This document shows, in pieces, positions 53,836 through 64,000 of a stretch of DNA of 64,000 nucleotides. The stretch's first letter is position 1; every line of letters starts with the position of its first letter. The position numbers and the translations under genes are program-made. The notes beneath the pieces were generated by a model that worked only from the letters and a program-made list of their open reading frames with translations, was not told the origin of the DNA and ran no database searches. This stretch comes from Rhizophagus irregularis (Eukaryota), in assembly GCF_026210795.1 (NCBI RefSeq), contig NC_089432.1, positions 3,286,001 through 3,350,000 of the forward strand. Direction: 5' to 3'.

Positions 53836-56511
53836 ATGCAAAATAACGAAAATATTGATGAATGGCTTAATTGGATTGAAGAAGCTATTAATAAAAAACA
53901 TATTAAATATTACGAATTTGAAAATTTTAAAAATATTCAAGAAATTGGTTCTGGAACATCCGGAAAGGTTTTTCGTGCAAATTGGAAAAGTTTTGATCAT
54001 TATTTAGCGTTGAAATCTTTTTATAATCTTAACAAAATTACCTTAAAAGAAATTGTTAATGAGGTAATTTATGCTTATTATAAAAATTCGATTGCACACA
54101 ATATTTTATTTTTACGTACTCTCTTTATATTCATTCTTATTAATTTTTTTCTCTCAATTTTTCTCTAATTAGGGATCAGAAAAGATTCGATTAAAATCGA
54201 AACTATCGAAAATCGATAAGAATCGATTTTAAATCGAATCTCGAATAAAAATCGAATCTACTTATTGTGGCGCAGTTTCGTTAATTTGACCATAAATTAT
54301 TATTTGTTCATAATAGTTAATTTTGGCCAAATTCATAATTCCGCCCGCGAATCACGTGACGGAACACAAACTTCCTAAAAAGGAAATTTTATCTCCCTAT
54401 AAAATTCAAGTTGCTATCGCACAAGGTTGTACAAATTTCCAAAAAAGGAAATTTATTCGTCGATCACTGTAATTTTTGTAATCACGTGATATGTGTTTAA
54501 ACACACCTATTATAAATTGTATAAAAAAAAATCGGTATTTGCGAAACGATTAATCGCGATTAATCGATTTTAGAATCGATTCTAATAATGGGAATCGATT
54601 CCAATCCCTAAGTCAGGTAATAATAAGAATATCATTAAAAAAATTTAATAACGATTGTAACAGTCAAATTGAATGAAATGATTTTTTTTTTATTCAATAA
54701 TTAATAATATTGATAATAATTATTTTTATTAGAAAATATATTTAATCCAACAAAAGATTATTTGTTAGTAATGGAATACGCTGACAGTGGTACGCTTCGT
54801 GACTATCTCAAGAATAACTTTCATAGACTTACTTGGGATAATAAATACAATTTGGCATCCCAATTGGCTTGTTCCGTACGATGTCTACATGAAGAAGGAA
54901 TTGTTCACAGAGATTTGGTATTTTATTTTTCAATATTAAGAAAAAATATATTGATTTCAACAATTATAATTTATTTATTCTTATTTGTATATTATAATAG
55001 CACTCTTGTAACGTGTTAGTTCACCAGGATTCCATTAAGTTAGCGGACTTTGGTTTATCAAAAAGAATTGATGAAGCATCTAAATCACAATCAAAATTAC
55101 TTGGTATGGTTCCTTATATCGATCCAAAAGTATTGATGGATAACAATTTAAGGTCAAATAAAAAGAGTGATATATACAGTATTGGCGTTTTGTTATGGGA
55201 AATATCAAGTGGGAAACCACCATTCCGTGAAGAGAAGTATGATTTTAGTCTAATGTATAAAATTTCACAAGGTCGAAGGGAAACAACTGTTCCCAATACT
55301 CCTAATGATTATTCTAGTCTTTATTCTGGTAAATATGATTCCAATGTATTGTTTGGTTCACTTATTAAAAATCATTATGTTAATTAAATACATTTTTTTA
55401 ATTATTAGAATGTTGGAATAATGAACCAAGTGAACGACCAACTATACATGAAGTTGTTAACAGATTAAAAGTATTTATTTCAAATTCAAATAACGTAACA
55501 ATTTATCAGCAGCATGATATATCCGATCAACCTCATCCTATACCAAATACTCCAAATAGTATAAGAAATTCATTACATGGAGAACTATTCCAAACGATCC
55601 AAGATTTCACTAATATGAATACAAATGAAATGGATAATATAACATCGATAAATAAACAAATTAATGAAAATTTTCCATCTGAAAAGAATTTAGGTATTAT
55701 CATTATTGGAATAGTTGATCTCATTTTTAAGAAGGTTAATAAAAGGACTAAAAAAGTAAAGCAACGTGTTCTTGATTATCTTAATAATTATAATATAAAT
55801 TCAAAAGAAATTTATAATTGGGTATTAAATAATCAAAATACTTCAGAATCCATCTTTTTGCTCGGATATTTCAATTACTATAGTATTGGAACAACCGAAG
55901 ATAAAGAGAAAGCATTTAATTTATTTATTAATGCATCAGAAGAAAATCATATATTAGCACAATATTTTGTTGGACAATGTTATGAATTTGGAAATGGAAT
56001 TACCGAAAATGAAACATTAGCATTTGAATATTATGAAAAAGCAGCTAATAAAGATTATGCAAGTGGACAATTTAAATTAGGTTGGTTTTATGATAATGGA
56101 ATAAGTGTTAAAAAAGATTTAAAAATGGCTGCATACTGGTATGAAAAAGCTGCGAATAATAGACATTTGACAGCCATGTATAATCTTGGCCATTTATATA
56201 AAAATGGAGATGGTGTAGATAAAGATCATCAAAAAGCTTTTGAATTATTCAAAAAATCAGCTGAAGGAGGATATTCAAGCGGAATAACAATGTTAGGACG
56301 ATGCTATAGTAGCGGAATTGGAGTTAATATTGATAAGAAAAAGGCAGTTAAATTATATCAGAAGGCTGCAAATTTAGGAGAAAATAATCTTGCTTTGAAG
56401 TATGAAAAAGGAGACGGAGTTAAAAAAGATTTAGATAAAGCAACTTATTGGTATGAACATTGGTATAAACATTCTGCTAAACAAGGATATCAAAAGCTCA
56501 AAATAGTTTAA
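53836..56511 (+). pseudogene. Kinase-SEL1 gene, close paralog of 45868-48145, with exon 2 replaced by a MITE
   Basis: Exons 1, 3, 4 and 5 are present and open. Of exon 2 only AGTCAG|GT remains at 54611. The G-loop is GSGTSG and the last SEL1 repeats are shortened. Confidence 0.75.
54170..54610. mobile_element. hAT-type MITE related to 9804-10509
   Basis: TAGGGATC...ATTCCAATCCCTA ends and AATCGA subterminal repeats. The right end is the reverse complement of the 9804 end. No TSD. Confidence 0.8.
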
Positions 56512-56944
56512 TAGATTTAAGAAAAATTAGAAATAATTTATGTAAAATTAGTTAATAAATATTTTATTTATAATAATTTATAAATTGTACCATTACATAG
56601 GAAAATAGACATAAATTAAATTATATAATGAATGAGTATTCTTGTTAAATGTGGTGTCTTTCAAAATGAATATCCTCAAATCATGTTCCTTCTTTAATGA
56701 CCCCTGAAATCTTTGTATAACGAATGATTAATGAACATGCATATTGCGACGAATGCAACGATTGTGACGTACTTTAAAGGTTTCTGTTTTCCTAGTTTAT
56801 TTATTAATTGAAAAATAATCAAGCTAATTAATTTTAATTGAAAGTAGTAAAGAAATGATTTTTCAATTATTAACGATAAAATTTTTGACCTTTATTAAAT
56901 ATTGCCAATTGTAGGAAGGAAAATAGAGTTTCCAAAATAAATAT

Positions 56945-57623
56945 TAGGGTTGGATCGGTCCTAGCAAAGACCGGTCCTGCGTCGGTCTTGGGACCGGTCT
57001 TCACGGTCTTTGGTCCGAGATCTGAGGACCGGTCCGGACCGGGGACCGATCCCATATTATTAATATCCAATAAAAATGAGTCAATTTTTGTGCTCATCTA
57101 CTTCTAGGGCACGGTTTTTGCCAAAACCGATTGTCAGTTCAGTTTTTAACGTTTTCGCAATGTTTTTTATTAAAAAAAACGTGCGAAACTTTTTTTTCGT
57201 GAAATTATTAATAAAAAACGTAAAATAATTAAAAAAACGTATGAAAACGTTTTTTTTATTAAATTGCTTAATAAAAACATTGCAAAACGTAAATTACTTA
57301 ATAAAAATGTTTTCGCAACGTTGTTTGTTAAAATAATTAAAAACGTTTGCAAAAAACGTTTTTTTTTATGAACTTATTAATAAAAAACGTTTTCGCAACG
57401 TTTTCTATTAAAATAATTAAAAAACGTTGTGAAACGTTTTTTATTTGTTAAATTACATATTAAAAAACATTTCGCAACGTTCTTTAATGTTTTAGCATAA
57501 TTTAGAGGTCTAAAAATCATTTCTTTAAATTTAAATCGGTCCGGTCCTGGTCCGGTCCGGTCCAGGTTGAAAGACCGGTCTTTTTGGAACCGGACCGGAC
57601 TGGACTGGACTGATCCAACCCTA
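56945..57623. mobile_element. hAT-type MITE
   Basis: TIR TAGGGTTGGATC...GATCCAACCCTA; 8-bp TSD ATAAATAT; GGACCGG subterminal repeats. Confidence 0.9.
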
Positions 57624-57740
57624 ATAAATATCCATATATTTCAAACGTACTTTACTTTCCATGTTGCACCATCTTTAATTTTTTTTTTTGTATTTTATTT
57701 TTTTTTAAAAAAAAACTTGGTTAAATTTAACAAGGTAATT

Positions 57741-58123
57741 ATGGAAAGCCGTCCTTGACAAAAGGTTGATGTCCAAACATCATGAAATATAATATTTAGA
57801 CATCATGATGGTATGTCTAGACATCATGTTTGATATATGTAGGATGATGTTTGTACATTATTTAACATGATGTGAAAGACATCAACCAACATGATGTCTA
57901 GACATCATGCTGATCAAATTACCAAATATAATATATTTATGAGTTACACAAAATAAAATTTACTATATTTGGTAACATGATGTCTAAGACATCATGTCGG
58001 TTGATGCTTGAGCATCATGTTGAATGATGTACAAACATTATTCTACATATATCAAACATGATGTCTAGACATTATCCAACATGATGTCTGGATATCAACC
58101 TTTTGTCAAGGACGGCTTTCCAT
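57741..58123. mobile_element. Fold-back (almost fully palindromic) MITE
   Basis: Perfect 30-bp TIR ATGGAAAGCCGTCCTTGACAAAAGGTTGAT, inner arms of AGACATCATG/CATGATGTCT repeats; 8-bp TSD AGGTAATT. Confidence 0.9.
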
Positions 58124-58565
58124 AGGTAATTTCATTGTAACTATAACAAATGTGTTTTTGTATTACGTGAGTATCACTAGAAATTTTGATGGCTTATTCA
58201 TATATTAGTTTACAAAATTTACTGTGATTGAATTTCGATTTTTTATAAAAATAGATTTAGTATAATTATTCTTTTTTTTATAACTATTAGTATTATTCTT
58301 ATAATTCTGCAAAGTATGGTTCTTAATTTATATTGTGATTATTTTGATATTGGTTTAATTTAGAAGTATATAGTCCTTCGTTACACTTCATAAAAAATAA
58401 ACTAATAATTTACTAAATATACTATTTAGTGCACCCGGCTTTAATTCGAAATTCACTAGAAAAAAAGTCATTAAAATAAAAATATATTATTTTACATAAA
58501 TAATCAGCTTTAATTAATATCCATTTTATTTATTTATTTATTTATTTTTGTTAGATGGAATTTTA

Positions 58566-59454
58566 CAGTAGGCGATCAAAAGTATACGGACACTTTTCAA
58601 AATGAAAAAATTTATATACATAATAATAAAATTAAAATAAAAAAATTAAGTTAAACATATTCATTATGTCTTTATTTATTAAACTTTATTAAACTAGATA
58701 AAAATTTATTGATAAATTTCATTTTCATTTGTGCCTTAATTCTATGAGATATGTAATTGATTGACATTTAAAATATACCAGAGAAATATATTTTATGCAT
58801 TTTTTTTTAATATACTTTTCAAGTATTTTATCAAGAAATTTAATATAACATGCAAACATAATGTAAATAATAAAATTTTGCATAAGTTTATTAGTCAATG
58901 TAAGGTTATCAAGTAAAATTTTACATGAGTTTACAGAATTTGCAAAATTCATATAAATTTAAGATTTATTAAGAATATTTCAGTATCTAGTGATTGGATT
59001 TTTATGATCTTAGATTTATTAGATCCGCCTCATTGAGTTTATTCGAATGATAATAAAATAACAATTGTAAAATCAATATTTAGTACACAATTATATTTTA
59101 ATTATTTAGAATTATTCTATAGTATATTTTGATTCAATGATCAGATTTTCACGATGTTTAGCTCATTAGATTCGTCTCATCGAGACGATTCAAATGATAC
59201 TAAAATCATATTGATTAGAACGATATTGATTAAGTTACATCATTTTCAAATTTTGTAAACCGCATAATAAAATTAAAATAATTTATGCCATAGATAGTTT
59301 CATATTTCTAAAAAATTCTGAAAAATATAAAGCATAAAAATTTGTTTATTATGATTACAAATATTAGATTATAAATTATTTATATTACATTAATACATAA
59401 TTTTTTGCATAATTTGGTAAAACAAAGTGTCCTTATACTTTTGATCACCTACTG
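58566..59454. mobile_element. Tc1/mariner-type non-autonomous element
   Basis: TIR CAGTAGGCGATCAAAAGTATACGGACACTTT / AAAGTGTCCTTATACTTTTGATCACCTACTG; TA TSD. Confidence 0.9.
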
Positions 59455-61365
59455 TACATTGACTTTCATGCATTTTTCATAATGTTAAATTCTGATAGTT
59501 CTTTAAAGTTCTCTATGTAACTCTAATCCCTGTTATGATGTTTTCAACATCATGCAATGTTGTAAATTTTATTTATTAGCATCTATAATACCTTGCAATT
59601 GAATAAATAAAATTCTGAAAATTTTATATTTTTTGTCAAAAAAAAGAATTATTTTATTTATTTTTTCTTTTAAAATACTGTCACCTAGAAAAATTACATT
59701 ACAAATTATTATTCAAACCTTTAAAGCATGATATATACATGCTTCTGTAAATTTATTTATTGAAATTTGTATGTAATAACTTCTATAAATGAGAATATAC
59801 ATTCAAAAATCAGTTAGTATTATGGCTTTGTAATATAATTATTAATTAAACATTAGAAAATTCCTTAACAAAGAAATGTAATATATATGGTTCATACCAT
59901 TAATAATGACTAAAGGCACTTGATTATTAATTGTGCCACTCAATTATGAGAAATATTTCTTTTTATATTGCATATCATAAGTCATCAATGACACTTTCTC
60001 TATAATAAACAGAAATACTTGTAAAATAAATCATAAATTTGTATGTGACTTTGGATTAAATTTTTCTTTAAAGTTATAAGAATAAGTATTTTTAGATAAT
60101 AATTGTAATAGACATAAAACTTTTGAGAAGAGCAAAGATATGGAAATATAATTTATGGTTCATTAATTTATATGATAAATATTGAGCCCTCCTTGTAATG
60201 CTACCATTATTATTTTAACTTTTAAAAAAAAGAAAAAAAAATTGGGAAATTCGGGAAGGTAAAATTTGAATCTAAGGGCAAGAGCAAAGATTGTGACTAT
60301 GTTTTTCAATTTAATTTTTAAAAAAAATTGGAATGAAGCGAGAAGAATGTTGAAAAGCCCTATATTTATAATAAATTTTTTATTATTTCTTTTTTAACGC
60401 AAATTAAGTAATGATTGTTTTATAATTTTGGAACACCTTGATTTCATTATAAACTATTCAAAACCTAATTTAGTTATATATATGTACTAAACTGAAAAAA
60501 AAAGAAAAAAATATATGCAGTTATGTTGAATTTGTATAATGTGTACAAGAACTTGTATTATGGTATGTTTAGAATAGTTTGGGTAGTATTACAACATTCA
60601 AAATTACACGTGATAAATAACAGGATGACAACTAACATTTTATGACAGTGACGTCTCCCTGAACCTTAATAATATTATTATCTTATCTTTTGTGATGTAA
60701 ATTTGGAATCTTAGAATGAAAAAGATTGTTTTACATCAATTCGTTGATAAAAAAATCAAAAAATCAAAAAAGATAGCAAGAAAATTTTATATGATAGGTT
60801 TGCTTTTCTTGAGAATAAAATATAATAAATGTTATCTCTTAGGTGACAACAATAAAGTGAATAGCTACTTTCATATAGATTAATTAAAACATTATTATAG
60901 TTCTTATTTTATTGTATTTAAAAATAAAGGTATTGCTAAACATCACCGGTGGTGATAGTTCTGGTCGAAAATACATAACAGATAAGGAAATATAGAAAAT
61001 TATTATTTTTTTTTTTGCTAAGATTATAAGCCAATTTATTAGAGTATAAAAGTAAACAGTATTGATGCAAAAAAAAATACAAATTAAAAAGTACTAGTTC
61101 CCCTATTACCACCCAGATAGACGAACCCAACAAATATAGAAAATTATCTTATGACGCTTTATCTTATGAAATAATGAAATAATGAATATCACTTTAAAGA
61201 TGATCGGCATCAAAATCATGTGTGACAAATTTACTGCGCCTGAATAAATATTCTTAATCATATGATCAACTGTTACCTTTATGCATAATTACGTTTTCGG
61301 TCATACCTATCATAAAAAAAAAGTTTTCGATTTTCTTCGCTCAAAAAAAAAGGAAAAGAATTCAA

Positions 61366-63317
61366 ATGTCTGACAATACTGGATTTAAGTCTATTGCTGA
61401 ATCAAATGAGTGGGTTAAATGGATTAACGAAGCCGTTGCCGCCAAAGATTACATTAAATCTTATGAACGCAAACACTTTAGTGATATTCAAGAAATTGAT
61501 TCTGGAAGTTATGGAAAAGTCTACCGTGCAAGTTGGAAAAATTCTCAAGGATATTTAGCACTGAAATCTTTTTATGACCTCAACAATACAATAGCCAAGG
61601 AAATTATTCATGAGGTAATTGAGTATAATGCATATTACATATTTATACTTAATTTGACTCTTACATTTTAATTTTTTATGATTTAGTTTAAACTTCAGCA
61701 TCAAGTTAATTTTCATAATAATATTATTCGTTTTTGTGGTATTATTATCTCATATGAGGGTATTATAAAATTAAATAACAATGTCTGAAAAAACATATAA
61801 GTTTTGAAACTAAATACAGTATAATTTCTATTAGAAGAAAATCAAGTTGATAATTCAAAGTATTTGTTGGTGATTGAATATGCTGATAGTGGTACTCTTC
61901 GAAGCTATTTGAAGCAACATTTTGAAAATCTCACTTGGACTGATAAATTTGAATTGGCACTCCAGTTATCTTCTGCTGTATTATGCTTACATGATCAAGG
62001 AATCGCACACCGTGATTTGGTAATTTATTTTATACTGTACTACAATTATATTTGTCAAATGTATGATAATTACTCATTCATTTTATTTTTAATGTACCGT
62101 ACTTGAAATAATAGCATTCTAATAATGTATTAATTCATCAAAGTGTCATTAAGTTAACCGATTTTGGACTGTCAAAGCGAATCGAAGAATCATCAAATAT
62201 TCAACCAAAATTACATGAAAAGGTCACGTATATTGATCCAAAAATATTTAATCAAGTGCAAATCTATTCATTGAATAAAAAGAGTGATATATACAGTATT
62301 GGCATACTCTTTTGGGAAATATCTAGTGGCCGACCTCCTTTTTGTAATGAACCTTGTGATGATAATAATTTGGCTATAAGAATTCTACATGGTCTTAGAG
62401 AAGCACCTATTTCTGATACACCTGAGGATTATATAAAACTTTATACTGGTAAATATAAATCTCAATTCAATTTTTAATACTGTTTAATTAATTTAAATTT
62501 AAATTTTATTTTATACCATTTAGATTGTTGGAATAGTGAACCGGATAATCGTCCAACTATTAATCAGGTTGCTGATAAATTAAAGGCAATTAGTACAAAA
62601 AATAATAATTGTAATATTAATGCGGATGTCCAGTTATTAGGTGAACAACCGTTTAAGCTTAAATCGAATGTTATTGAGGTTCCTAAAAATATTAAATATT
62701 CACCATTTGAAAATTTATCACAAGTTATCCAAAATTTTGGCAAGATAAACATAGAAGAAATGGAACCTACAACATATATCGTACCTGTTAATATTATAGT
62801 TGATGAAATAATAAATATTCTTAATAAATTAGAAGAAGTAGAAGAAAAACAGGAAATTCTTAATTATCTTAATAATTATAATATAACTTCACAAGAAATT
62901 TATTATTGGTTATTAAATAATCAAGATAATTCCAATTCTGTTCTTCTGCTTGGTGTATTTTATTATTTAGGAATTTGGATTGATGTTAATAAACAAAAAG
63001 CATTTGAATTATACCAAAAAGCAGCAAATTTAAGTAATAGCATAGCTCAATATAATCTTGCTTTTATGTATGATAAAGGAGATTATGTTAACCAAGATAG
63101 AGAAAAAGCCTTTGAATTATTTAAAAAATCATCCGAGGGCGAATATCCAGAAAGTATATGCATGTTAGGATATTATTACCAATATGGTATTGAAACCGAT
63201 TTGGATAGTAAAAAGGCATTTGAATTATATCAAAAAGCTGCAAATTTAGGAAATATTATAGCTAAATATAATCTCGCTTTTATGTATAAAAACGGAGAAA
63301 ATTATTGGACAAGTTAG
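61366..63317 (+). CDS. TKL-type protein kinase with a short SEL1-repeat tail
   Basis: Exons 61366-61614, 61687-61759, 61835-62019, 62115-62448 and 62524-63317 splice in frame. Motifs DSGSYG, ALK, HRDLH, DFG; about three SEL1 repeats. Confidence 0.88.
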
Positions 63318-63757
63318 ACGATTCGTAACGTTAACCAATATAAATACAACACCGTACAATATCCATAAAGTATTGCATGTCCGGTTGATAAAAAAGCATC
63401 TGTTATTATTGTTATTATTATATTTACTTTATGGGAAATTAGCAAATTAAAGTATCAAACTCAATGTAATAATATAAAACCAATAGATTAATTTTATAAG
63501 TCGTGGCTTAAAGAATTTTAAAGATTTAATTAATTGATAAGGATTTGGGTCAATACACAATTTACAAGTGGGGAGTGTCTTTGTTTCGGAAATCATAGTG
63601 ACAACTCAGACGATTAAATTAATTATAAGAGTTTATAGATTAATTTATTTTGTGAATATAAAGCTATATAAAACTAATAATTTACAAATTTTTAATATAT
63701 ATTATGTACGAAATACAATTATATAATTTACAAATAATTATACAAAGAAATGTTTAA

Positions 63758-64000
63758 CTAAATTATCTTACAATCATCATGTCTAGTTTTTGAAAGCTGA
63801 CATAATTTATAATAAGCTTCTTTATGTCCTTGGTCAGCAGATTTTTTATACCAATATGCTGCTTTATCATAATCTTTTGCAGTTCCATATCCATTTTTGT
63901 ACATAAAAGCAAGATTATATTGAGCCTGACTATCACCTAATTCCGCTGTTTTTTGATATAATCCGAACGCTTTACGCTTATTAATTTTGGTTCCTATTCC
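63758..64000 (-). pseudogene. 3' end of a SEL1-repeat gene (runs off the window) with a 1-nt frameshift
   Basis: GIGTKINKRKAFG / YQKTAELGDSQAQYNLAFMYKNGYGTAKDYDKAAYWYKKSADQG; the frame shifts near 63960. Confidence 0.75.

Noticed and set aside
87..60000. Many 60-100 aa F/I/K/Y-rich ORFs in the track, including antisense ORFs over real exons
   Set aside because: Expected by chance in very AT-rich DNA; many use non-ATG starts or run through introns and MITEs.

Overview
Very AT-rich eukaryotic DNA with short GT-AG introns and fungal CTAAC-type branch points. The gene content (expanded TKL-type kinases with SEL1 repeats, BTB-BACK-TLDc, many MITEs, LINE and LTR relics) points to an arbuscular mycorrhizal fungus (Glomeromycota, Rhizophagus-like); this is inferred. 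The window holds an SP-RING/MIZ SUMO-ligase-like gene, six kinase genes or pseudogenes, a frameshifted BTB-TLDc gene, a partial SEL1 gene and about a dozen transposon insertions. The main observation is that the apparent ~7.5 kb AT-rich satellite at 26912-34368 is, on the minus strand, an array of about 70 intron units, each separated by a 3-nt micro-exon (branch point...YAG|NNN|GT). The array lies between two ordinary 5' exons and a kinase domain. Spliced in phase 1 it gives a stop-free W/Y/F/R/D/G-rich segment, so it could generate combinatorial diversity in front of the kinase. All coordinates and counts were read by eye.
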